DNA of 64,000 nucleotides, from contig OZ024742.1 of assembly GCA_964016885.1 (NCBI GenBank), forward strand, positions 243,536,001 through 243,600,000, in the 5' to 3' direction. Below are positions 1 to 13,000 of this stretch, in pieces. The notes under the pieces are model-generated. The model saw only the letters and a list, made by a program, of their open reading frames with translations. It had not been told where the DNA came from and searched no databases. This DNA comes from Eledone cirrhosa (lineage: Eukaryota). Made by a program: the position numbers and the translations under genes. Position 1 is the stretch's first letter; each line of letters begins with the position of its first letter.

Positions 1-1044
1 TTTGTTTGGCAAGCTTTCTATGGCTGGATGCCTTTTCTTTCATCATTATAACATTTTAAACCTCATAGTGTTCATCTCTTTAGAATTGACGACAGAAAGA
101 GAAAAAAAAATATGGAAAGAAAGTGACAGAGAAATAGAATCAATCCCAGTACCAGGCTTGTATTTTATTTATTGACTTCACTGGGATGAAAGACAAAGTT
201 TGCCCTTCACAGCTTTTGAACTCAAGAATGTAAAGCGCAAGAATAAATATCACAAATCATTTTCTCTGAAATCCTAATGACTCTACCAATTCACCACAAT
301 AGTATGCCATACATTGAAGAGTGAAATCCCACAACAGTCAACTTTGCCTTTCATCCTTTCAAAGTTGATAAAAAAAAGTACCAGTCTAATACTGAGATAG
401 ACTCTTCCTCTATATCTCTTTCTCACTTCCCCTCTTTCACTTTTTATCCTTCTCTAGAAAGAAATCTGCTGCATTCAGACCAGTGTTTAGGGATGGGCTC
501 TGCCAGGTTTTAAAATGCCCTAGAAATGCTGTATGTCAATACGGCACCCCTATGACTCCCTCAGGAGTTACAAAACTAGGATACAGTGTGTTAAATATTT
601 AAATATAAGAAAAAAAAACATTAGTAATATTACATTTTATTCTAATTTAATTTCAGAGAGAAAAATAAATATTTTTGCATTTTCTTTAAATACTTATCAA
701 ATTATTAAGATGGTGATGATGATGATTATGCCTGAGAGAAATTATGACAGAAGTCATGTGTGTGTGTGTGTGTGTGTGTATATATAATTTTTTTATGTCC
801 ACTCTTTCACAATATATCATCATTTTATGCCCACTTAGTAAAGATACTATAAACATTTGAATACGCATGTTCTACAAAACGATTAAAATATTTTAAGAGT
901 TAAATTCAATATTGCAAAATAAAGAATTTCAATTAATTAAAAATTAATTTTTTTTTTAAATACAAAAACTTTCCATTTACAATTAAAGTACCTTAAATTT
1001 TACTGAGACAAAATATTTGAAAAAGATTTCAACAAAAGACCAAC

Positions 1045-1098
1045 CTCTTGAGATAATCCATACTCGGCAAGGCGACAGGCATATAATAATTTGTATGG
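1045..1098 (-). CDS. SEC16: Sec16 exon (54 nt): [18 protein letters not shown]
   Basis: ttctttttag| acceptor and a probable GAG|gttggt donor (read-through hits a stop about 14 codons later), phase 0. Confidence 0.82.
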
Positions 1099-4000
1099 CT
1101 AAAAAGAAAAGAAAATTACAAACAAATAATAGATTAACAACTAACAATTGTAAAATTTTACGTACAACTCTTCCTTGCATAGAAATAACATTAGGTTACA
1201 CATATATAATTTCTATATAACAATCTATGTCAAATAGAATTACTGTATATACTCATATATAAGCCAAGAAATATGTGACAAAAAAAGAAATCAAGGGTAA
1301 AATGGGGTGAGGGGGAGCATATATTTGAAGAAATATTTTGCCAATTTTTACCAACTTCAAAATTCTACATAAATGAGGTGCTAAAATATTTTTTTCTTTC
1401 AACACGAAATTTGTATTTCTTATTGTTTCTTATGTTTTGAATGAATATGGCCTTCAAAAGAGTTGGACAATTGGTAAAATAATCATTATGTAATGGAGTT
1501 GTGAAACAAAAACTATACTTCAAATGACATTTAAAACATTTTAAATATCAAACTATTAAAACACTTTAAAACAGCACCATCTAAACTGTGTTGATTACCT
1601 ACTTTGGCTTATAAACGGGGTTTGGATTTTTGCCTATTTCTCAGGCATAAAATAAGGGGCCAGCTTATATTTGAGTATATACGATAGTTGCTTTTTAGGA
1701 TAGAAAAAGCATCTACAGTAGTACTAGAACCCATAACCATGAGTTGACATAATATAATAGGACTATATTTCTTTCAATATCATTGTTAAACATTGGTTTT
1801 CCCTGCTAAAAAGTGTTGGACATATCGTCACAGAGTAGCCAGTACTCAAGTGGTGCTTTGACCTCCACATGGGCCAGAGGCTCAACATACGCTCCCACAA
1901 TTTACCAAGTATATTTAATCATCACACCAACACTAGAGTTGACATAGCTGACGAGTCTTCCTGAGCCTTTGCTTGACAGATTGTCTATGGCAGGATGCTG
2001 TTCCTATCACCAACCACTTTACAAAAGTATACTGGGTAATCGCTTATTGTATGGATCACCAACACTGAGGAGGTTGACATGTCTATGGCACAACTGAAGA
2101 GTCCTCCCAACCCATTGTTTGGCAAGTTTTCTCTAGACTTAAGAAAATACTGAAGAGTAGTTTGAAATAGCTTTAGAGTAGTTTGAAATCTAAAAACAAA
2201 AAGTTTAATGTATTCAAACTACAAGCCAATAAAGCTAAAAGTATGAATAAAGTGGGAGAATTTGGAGTATAGAAAGAGAGTATAGAAAGAGAGTAAGTAG
2301 AGACCCAGTATTAAATAGCTAGTACAAAAATATACCATGATCTTAAAATAAGCCAAACTGTAAAAGTACTATATGCAGGGATATGACCAATAATGTGGGG
2401 TAATGAAAGATTAAATACCACTATTATTTTAGTGATATCACAGAAGGAAGTAAATAATTTCTGTTATTTAGCAGAACTAATATAATCCTAGAAGTGTGAT
2501 GATGATGAAAGAACTCTTTATCTTGAAATCACAAAAAGAGAACATATATCATTTGTTTGTATATCTCTAAGACACAAAAAAATAAACAGAAAACAAAAAG
2601 TAAGATCACAAATAAAATTTGATAAATACTCATGAAAGTACTTACTTGAAAAGAAGGTAAAATATAGAGGGGGTTCCCCAGAGACTGGGCATATTCAAAT
2701 ATTTCCGTGCATTGAATAGCTTCATTAGTTGCAAACTCTTTCAAAGATAAACTAAGAAATATATTGAATAATAAAAGTCATTATCTACATAAATATAATT
2801 ACATACATAAGTACTTATACACATACAAATGAAATATAGGATTAAGAATCACTTTAATTAATTGTAGTGTTAATCAAAGATTAAATAATTTTGAAGCTAA
2901 ACATTTTTTTTTAAAACTTTTGTTAAATTACATTATTAATTAATGAAAATGTTGTTTTTTATTGAAAACATGCAGTTATGGTAGAATCAACATCATCAGA
3001 TCTTTACACAATATTCAATTAATCATATCATGTCATTTATCTAACAACATTCTTAGATTTTTAAGGCTATATTACACTTATTTTGTCCCAAATTTCAAAC
3101 CTCTGCTCCTGCTACATTTGGCTCACACTACATTCACATCAAATCCACCTCTTCCAGAAGTATTAGATTTCCATTACAAACTGGCCAACCTTTACATCAC
3201 ATCCTCAACTCATTTGTGCTCAAAATTACACTGTACCAAAACAGACTCTAAATGTATCAAAAATAAAAGGATTGCAGTATTACAGCTTATCTATTCATGA
3301 CAGACCCTATCCACACCCATCATAAAAGCTATCTCTAAGTTCTCTAAACACTGAACAACAATTAAGCAGTGAAATCTTCATTTCTCTTCTACTACTATTA
3401 CAATGGTCCCTCTTCATTTAACCCTTTAGCATTTAAACCGGCCATATCCGGCCAGAATTCTCTCACCTCTTTCTGTTCAAACTGGCTGTAACTGGCCCCC
3501 TCATACTCACTTTAAGGTATTGTTCTCAAAATAAATAATATCAAAATCTCAGAGATAATTATGCGAGATAAAGCCTTTACTGTGAAAATACAATATTAAG
3601 TATAGAGTAATGTAAATGCTAAAAGGTTAAACTTATTAAATCTATACACCCATCCCCATCATTTAACATTCACTTTCCCTGCTAGCAAGGGTTGGACGGT
3701 CTATATAGACCGTCAGTACGGAAGCAGGGTTACTGACCTCCTAGACAGGCCAAGGGGTCTGCATCCTGCTTACATAGTCATATGTTTTACAGAGTGCACA
3801 GGAAAAGTTGATGTGTCTTTTGACACAAACTGAAGGGTCCTCCTGTTTATTTGGCAAGCTTTCTATGGCTGGGTGCCCTTCTTAATACCAATCACTTTAC
3901 AGTGTGTACTAGGTGCTTTTAATACTAAGGAAGTTATGTCCTTGACACAACTAAAGGGTTCTTCCAACCCTTTGTTTGACAAACTTTATCCAATCAATCA

Positions 4001-7000
4001 TAATTTTTTGTATATTGAGTATGTGTGCACATGCAGACCTCAGCCCTCTCCTTTCATTACTTTCCTTATATTATACCTTTGAGATCCATGCAATTTGTTT
4101 TATCCTTACTCGCCAAATAGGCATCTCTCTTCCTATATCTTCTACTAACCTGTAATAATATAATTTAATATTACATGCTCAGTCCTAGTCACTGTCAACA
4201 AACACCACACAGACATCATCATACAAATGAATACAAAAAGAAAGATTCCTATAAGTTCTTTTCGATACTTAATATCAACGTTCACAATAATATTAGCAAT
4301 ATATTATTACCTGTGAGATGAACCAATGAGGACAATCTTTGATGTTTTCTTAGAATAAATGCCGAAGTGAACTTGTGCCATCAAATAACAGAAATGACTG
4401 GCATGAAGAAAACCCTTGGCAGCTGAAAAGCAAATAAATATAAATACAATATTTTAGAATATTTAAAAATTATTGATTTTTCTTGGCAAAGCTGTTCTGC
4501 TAGAGAACAGGTCACAGGTGTCAGATAGCGATATGTCCACCAAACATGATGGTAGGTTGCGATATAAGCAGTCTTCTGCGGGACAAATAAGCAACCCTGA
4601 ACCAACAGCGGTAAACACCTAGGGGAGATGGAGTAATGGGTGACACTGTTAGCTCCCAAGAAAACTCTCACAACCCAATGATGTAGTTATGACAAGGCAA
4701 GTAAAGGCTACCTCTAAAAAGCTTAGTCTTCACAGGTCTGAGAAAAGTACCAAATTCGTCTGGTGCGAATGAGACAACCAAAATACAGCAACATAATTTT
4801 TAAGGTCACTTGACTTTAAGAATTATAGCAGAGAGTAAAGGATTTCTAAAGTTGCATGCTTAGGTTTTAAATATATACAATGAAACAATGTATTTTATTG
4901 TTTATATGTTATGCTGTTGTTTTTATTGCCTAACCCCAATCAGCTCAATTCAAATAGGCCCATGTTATATATAATAATAATTGTTTCTACTTTTGGCACA
5001 AGGCCAACAATTATCCAGTACATTACTGGTACTTTATTTTATCGACTCCATAAGGATGAAAGGCAAAGTTAACCTCAGCTGGATTTGAACTCAGATCGTA
5101 AAGGGACGTAACTATGCTGGAAAGCATGTCCGACTCTCTACTGATACTGCTAATTCACCACTATCTATCTATCTAAGGCGGGTAAAATTCCCGAGATCCA
5201 TGGACGAGTTCTCTCCAGCGGTCTCTGTCCCTCATTATCGCTGCCATATCCTGCATCTCCAATTCACCACTATATATATATAATAATGATGAAAATTATT
5301 GTGTACAGTGCTCAAATGCACTACAACTCATCAAAGGTGCATATATAGTACATAGAATAATGTACAAATGTTAGGAAAGTGAACAGTGTATGAATCATGA
5401 TACACACACATACACACACACATGCTTGCATATGGAAGGGGAATAGAGAAACAAGACCATCTTGTACATGTGAACTGAACTTTATAGAGGATCAAAAACT
5501 AATCAGAGAGAATATCAGAAATTGTGAGGCTGAACATATTTAATACGTTTTTTATTTCACCAAAAAATAATTCAACTTACCTAAAGTATCACCTAAGGTA
5601 ATGATACTTTTCTTGTCATGATCTGGTCTCATGGAATGATTAGACAGCATCATAGCTAAATGGGGCCGCCAATCACCCCAAGCATCATCACAAAGACTCT
5701 AGATTAAATAAAATGTAATATTTTAATAAGCTTTGAAAAGCTATTATTGTTTTTAATAAAGTAAATGTTATTAATGAAATTAACAAGAGAACATTAATTA
5801 ACAAACAGTTACAACAGTAACAACAAATGGTTAAATTATGAATTTTAGTGCACTTACAGTAACAGAAGCTGGTTGTCGACCTGACATAAGCTGATACAAA
5901 GTCTGCAGGGGATCATTCATTTGAATAGCACTGTTAGCAAATCTAGTAAAAAATATGAAACAACATCCATTGTCAGACATTTTGAAACAACATCTAAAAT
6001 TACTATATGACTTGAAAAACAACCTTGATGAGACAACCATGAAAAGCACCCAGCCCACTCTGTAAGGTCAGAATCTCAATAAAGGTACATACTGGTTGCC
6101 ATTAGGAAATGTATCCAGCTATAGAAACCAAACTAAAACAGAATTTATGGGCAAGACATAATCACCTGACTGGTCTAGCTTCAGAATGTGATAACCTGTC
6201 TAACCCATGCCAGCATGGAAAATAGATGTTGAACAGTGACAATGATAATGACTATTAGGATTTAAAGAATATACAATAATTGTTTCTACTTTAGGCACAA
6301 GGCCAGCAACTACCCAGTGCCTCACTGGTACTTTATTTTATCAACCCCGTAAGGATGAAAGGCAAAGTCAACCTCGGCGGGATTTGAACTCAGATCGTAA
6401 AGGGACGTAACTATGCTAGAAAGCATGGCGTCCGACCCTCTACCGATACTACCAATCCACCGTCCAATATTTATTACCCAACATACATATTCATCATCAT
6501 CGTTTAACGCTTGCATCTTGCATGGGTTTGGACGGGAATTTTCCCACTTGAGGCAAGATTGGTTGTCTTGCTCGTATAGGACTGTCTGGCGGGTTTTCTA
6601 TGGCTGGATGCCCTTCCTAACACCAACCACATTTACAGTGTGGACTGGGAGGTTTTTACCGTGTTACCTACACGGCAACATTACAGCGTGGACTGTTTTT
6701 TTTTTTGTCGTGACACCTACACGACCTCATTTATTTCGGACTGGATTTTGTGGTACCAACATAACTTTACATCGAAAGGAGTGGTGTGGATGGGGTGGGG
6801 GTAGTGGGACGGGGGGTGTATTTTTTGTTAAGAGGTGCCTACTGACTGTAGGTTTCGCTTTGTACTTAGGCAAGGCGGGTCTTCTGTATTACTGTGTAGC
6901 GCCAAAGATCTCGGTCCAGTGACATTGTCTTGGAGAGGTGTAAGTGTGTGAGGTCGGAATTTATCAAGTCGTCCCAGGTTTTTCTGGGTCTGCCTACTCT

Positions 7001-10000
7001 GTGGCTACCGTCTCTATTTTTATCGCCCTGCACTTTTTTATACAGCTGTCGTCTTTCATGCGCATCACGTGACCATACCAACGTAGTCTTCTCTCGAGTA
7101 AACAACATCTGATCTCTCTTATTCCTAATTTCTCCCTTAGTTCATTTATGCTTTGCCGTTCACGTATATTACTATTACACATCCAACGGAACATGCAAGC
7201 TTCGTTCCTCTCCAGTCTGCATATATCCTCTGCACACAATGCCCAAGTCTCACTGCCATGTAACATTGTTGTTCGTATGCAGGCATCATACAGCCTGCCT
7301 TTCATTTTTAGAGAGAAACCTTTAGCGGCCAATAGTGGTATAAGCTCTCTGAACTTTTTCCATCCCGTCGGACTCTAGCTACAGTACTTTCAGAGCACCC
7401 TCCACCACTGCTGCTTTTGTCACCCAGGTAACGGAGGTGTCCACTATTTCTATACAACCATCTGGGCAATGGAATGAGCTAGTATTCTGTGGGCACTTGC
7501 TGCTACTTATTGCACCTGAGCACCGGCCACATATAAAATCTATATTCTTAGTTAGCTTACTTTTGATCCCACTACATCTTTTATGCACCCATACTTTGCA
7601 TTTGGGACATAAAATGGAGTTTCTACCTACTCCTTTCCTACACACTGAGCATGGCCATTTCCCAGATAGGACCAGTGCGCCTATTTTCCTTCTTACAAAC
7701 TAGAACTTTAGTCTTAGACAGGTTAATTTTAAGGCCTTTTGATTCTAGGCCATGCTTCCATGTTTGGAATTTCTTCTCTAGTTCAGCCATTGATTCAGCT
7801 ATGAGCGTTAGATCATCTGCGTATAGGAGTTCCCATGGGCAGCCGGTCTTGAACTCCTCTGTTATAGCCTGAAGGGCAATAATAAATAGGAGGGGGCGAA
7901 GGACGGAGCCCTGATGAACACCAACTTTTACGCTAAACTCTTCACTATATTCATTGTTAATTCTAACCTTGCTGACTGTTTCTTTATACATGGCTTGTAT
8001 AGCTCTCACAAGCCATTCATCAACACCTAGTTTTCTGAGAGCCCACCAGATAATGGGGCGTGGGACTCTCAATCTCATAACTCTCTCTCTCTCTCTCTCC
8101 AATAAGCTATATTTAGAACAGACAAATATTTCTCTTGTTATTTTTATAAAATATTGTTTTCTTCATAAAATTTCTCATTGGAATATTTTGAATTTTTTGC
8201 TGTTAGTTATTTCAAACTAATATTTCAATGTAGCACTTCAAATCTCACTCAAATTCCAATATATACTGACCACTCACAAAGCAAAAGACATTAAACAACT
8301 AATGTGGCCAGAAGTGAACAGGTACAATCTATCAACATCAGACTGAAGAATGGCCATCTCAACTATAACAGGGTTTGAGTTCAGAAACAAGAGGAATGAA
8401 ATACTGTAAAGTTCCATTTTAAACACTAGGTACAAGGTTAATTTTTCTTTATGTAGGGAATCAATGGCAATATTAATCATATTTCTTGCATTGTCTTCAA
8501 ATGAAACTTGACAAAGTTTTAAAACATAAATATCTCCTAAGATCCAATGGTGACTAGCTGATTTCATACCAAATAACTAGCAAATTACCAATAAATCTCC
8601 TCCTGAATAGGATGCCAATATAATTCTCTTATTCTTTAAGTTATTTGTCAAGGGTTTAGTTGACCATATCAACCTCAGTACTTTTTTTTTCTTGATCTCT
8701 ATTTTTCGAACCCTTTATTCATGGGACATCTATAAACAAACATACGTGTGTGTGCACACTCACACACACACACACACAGACCATGCTTCTGCACAGCTTC
8801 TGTCTACCCAATTTCACTGACAAGGCAACTCAAGACTATAGTAGAAGACACTTAGTAGAAGCCATGGTTAAATCTAATGATGCTAATTTATGATAATAGT
8901 AATAACATTTAAATAGAAAACAAATAATATCAAACATACTTTGTCATAATTTCTGCATGAGTTCTGTTATCCATTTTACTAGCTAAAAACAATGCATGAC
9001 CCCAAAGATTATTTTTAGTAGCCCATCGTAAAGCATCCTGAAAAAAAAAATTTATTTCCATTTAGATTTGTTTTAAATGCAACAATTTTCAAAATACATA
9101 TAGACTTTTATCAAGTTCAAATTTTTTCAACAAATTATTTAAAACTATAATAAAGTGGTCAAAATAGTAAAGATTTGGTGTTTTAACAAATAGTATTGTT
9201 AATAAATATTGTTTTTATTATCAATATTATTTTACTTACTATATCAGATGACATGATAGATTATTTTAGCATTGTATTATCAAATTATCAGTATATGATT
9301 AATAAGAAGATCAGAGTTGAAATGCATTTCGTAATATATACCAATACTGAACATCTTCTAACCCTCTTCTTACTCCTACTTCTCATCAAACAATAACATT
9401 TGAAAACAAAATCTATCATCACAACAATCATCCACAAATTTTACAATTTTTTTTTTTTAAATAGCATTTCATTACAGATTAACTATATTACTTTCAAAAC
9501 TATATTCTAATGAAATACAATTTATTTCACTTAATGAAGAATTTTGAGGGATTTACTAAAATCATTAATTATTTCAATTATAAGATAGTAACTTAATATT
9601 GTTTTTTTATAAAATTATGTTGAAAGATTTTAAATAGGGATCCTTTAAAATGAGTAGTTTTGTTTCATAGAAACAGTCAGGTTAGTATCAAAAGGGTTAA
9701 TGAAGGATTTTGAGAGAGATAATAAGATGGGTAGTTTCATTACTAAGATAGTAACTTATCTAAAATTATGTTGGAAGATGGGTAGTTGTTTCATAGAACC
9801 AGAGCGTTTTGACCAGGTTGGTATTGAAAGAGTTAATTTTTTAAAACAAATTATTATGAACAAATAAGATATTTACCTTTTTCCTACCATACAATAAAAG
9901 ATTTCTAAACCGGTCAGTTTTTTCATTGAGGTCCAAGTTGCGGTTCACTAAAACTCTATCTGAGGTAGTTGCTACTTGAATATTATTTGTCTCGTGTGTT

Positions 10001-13000
10001 GCTGGAGACTGGGTGCTTTCTCTTTCACTCTCAGCTTTAGAGTCACAGTCTACATAATCAGATGTATTTGGTGTATGATCTTCAAGCAATAAATCTGCAA
10101 TATCTGTTCCAACAATTGTCTGAAAAGATGATTTATAAAAACAGCATATATTATTATCATCATCATCATTTTCACATCCACTTTATTTTAGTTTCTCTAC
10201 AATCAACAAAAGTTAATAACTAATAGGTTCCAGAACTAAAATCCCCAAAAGAAATCAAATCTATAAACCACAACTTCCTTCAGCTTTATCATTATCAATT
10301 TTGCACCTATTTTTCATGCTGGTATAGGTCAGATGTGACTTTTTGAGGCAGAATTCTATAGCTGATGTCCTTCCTGATGCCAACCATCATTTTTTAAGTA
10401 AGATAAGGATCTTTGCAAATCTAACCAATTAGGAGGGCCTCTGTTTACAGAGAACATAGAATTCAAAGAGAAGACATGCATACATACATATATACATAGA
10501 GAGAGAGAGAGAAACTGGGTATAAGAAGAATCAGATGTAGCATACAGAAGAGAAGGTTGCACTGGTACAGACATGCAATGAGCATAGAGGATGATAATTG
10601 AGTAAAGAAGTGCCAGAAGCTGGGTGCATTTTATTTTGGCACCAAAACTATAGACAGAGAGAGGGCTGTGTGTATGTGTATGTATGAGAAAGAGAGAGTA
10701 CTTACACCATTTTGCTTAATAAGAAGCTCAAGAAATTTCCACAATAACATTGCAGAATCCCTGTCAGTCATTTTGATGTTTTCACCATACCCTCTCACTT
10801 TAGACTGACAAAATAGTAACACATCATTCTTGTGGGTTTCTCCTCTGGAAAAATCAAATTATAAAAAACAACTGATGAAACTTTTAAACTAAACTATAAT
10901 TAAAATTTACAAAAACCTGTGAAAATAATGTGTAATGTTTAAGGAAAGTGCCACAAGCATGTATAAGTTAGCATTCTTTCTAATCAATTTTGTATAATTT
11001 AAATAATTAACTTATAAACTTCAGGTCTTGCAGAATTTTAAACTCATGTAAATAAAAAACAATGATATATACATAATATAATTCATTTTCTTATATTCTT
11101 CTGCTAGCTTCAGCCATTAGACTGAAGGGATTTTAGTCAATCATATTGAACCCTGTACTTATTTTATCAATCCCTTTTTTGTTGAACTGCTAAGTTACAG
11201 GACATAAACATAGATGCAGACACAAATAGAAACACACACACAAACATATGTATATATGACAGGCTTCTGCAGTTTCCACCTACCAAATTCCACTCACAAG
11301 GCACTGATTAACTTGAGGCTATGGAAGACATTTATCCCATGCAGTGGGATTGAACCGAAAACAACATGGATATGAAAGGAACCCTTTAACCATACAGCCA
11401 TGTTTGCACCAATAATGGAAACTCTTTTTACAGGTGTCAATTGTTTTATTTATCTATTTATTTATTTAATATCTCTTAATTTTTTAATCTACTCTTGCTC
11501 TACTAATGTTTTTTTAACATATAAATCATATTCAATGATGTTTATCTCAATATTTTGAAGTTTGCTTAATGTCTGTCTCAAAATCGACAATGGACCTATT
11601 TGCAGTTGGTTCCATCACAGAGAGCATATAAGTTGTTACACATTCTCATTTTAACAGTTCCACTACTTTCTGATAGGTCATAATTAGTTGGCTTACTGTT
11701 AAGAAATGTGAATAAAAAAAAAAAAACATAATGATATTAAACTTTATTCCCCTGGGCAACTCCTCTAAGTTTATATAGTTACATTAAATGTTTCAAATGA
11801 TGCCAAGTTGTTTTGTAATCAGTAAGCTAATCAAATCAATCTGTATGTTTGTATTTATTACTGCAATATAAAATTTGTAAATAAACATCATGTATATGTA
11901 GCCAATCTCTTAGACTTTTACGAAGCACTAAGGAGATAAAGTTTAATATGAAGATCGGAGATGCTATAAAATATATTATAAAATAGAGTGAACACCTTTA
12001 AAGACGGAAAAAGAAGTTGCCAACAGTCGATGGCAACTTATTTTTCTGTCTTTAAGAGTCTTCACCCTATTTTATAAAATATTTTATAGCATCTACACAC
12101 ATGAGTACACCACTCTTTATATTAAATAAAATTTGTACATTTTGTAGTGCACTTAAAAATATAAAACAAATCTCACTTTTCTTTAGTTACACTCAAATAT
12201 CAGGTTTATACAATTTTCATAAACAGACAATGAAACCAAAATATATATTTCTTATTTTTTATAGTTTTTGACATACCTAATTAAACTAATTCTTAGTTTT
12301 TGACATACCTAATTAAAGGTCCTGGGAAACTGTGCAATTCTTCAGCTTCTTTTTGGTCTGACAAAACATTTTCTACATTCATGATTTCCACAGTAGCTGG
12401 CTGACCATCAGATGGTAAATTAGGAGGCACATAGATAAGCTGGCCACTCGGGCCAAACACAGCGCATGTATGAGGAGTAAAAAACTTTGCTGGAGTCATT
12501 CGACCTGAAGGTTCTAGAAATAATGAAGAACAATGTAAAAAAAAATTGAAAAGAAAACAGGGAAGAAAAATATTGAACTGAACTGTGCAATAAACAAAAG
12601 TAAAGTCAAATAAACTAAATATGGCATAGCATTTAATCCACTAATATACAACTCAATCAGAAGTAGACAACACTATTAAAGCTCTATATTTCTTTTTTAA
12701 AAAAACCATAGGTTTCCCTGATAATGTATTTCATCTTTCACATTCATCAGCCTCATCTTTTAGTAGCCTGATTTTTGTTACATAATGAGATCATATTTTA
12801 TGAACTCCAAATATTGATATATAGAGAAATTCAGAATGAAAATATAATATATAAATAACATAAATAGTAAGCAAAAAATAATAATAAGCAAAAATAATAA
12901 ATAAAGATAATAAATAAAGAAAGAAAAGAATAAAATCATGAATTACAATAAATATACCAAGTATAGATATAATATTTGTAAGCAGGGGGGAGTGATTACA

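Noticed and set aside
686-868. ORF containing IYCERV as the next Sec16 exon
   Set aside because: No suitable phase-0 acceptor and no similarity beyond YCE; it runs into (CA)n. The next exon is probably outside the window.
6330-6465. tRNA gene (B-box GTTCAAATCC)
   Set aside because: It is the head of a multi-copy SINE with no cloverleaf or acceptor stem.
11560-11712. Two adjacent imperfect hairpins as an H/ACA snoRNA
   Set aside because: No clear ANANNA hinge or terminal ACA on the transcribed (minus) strand.
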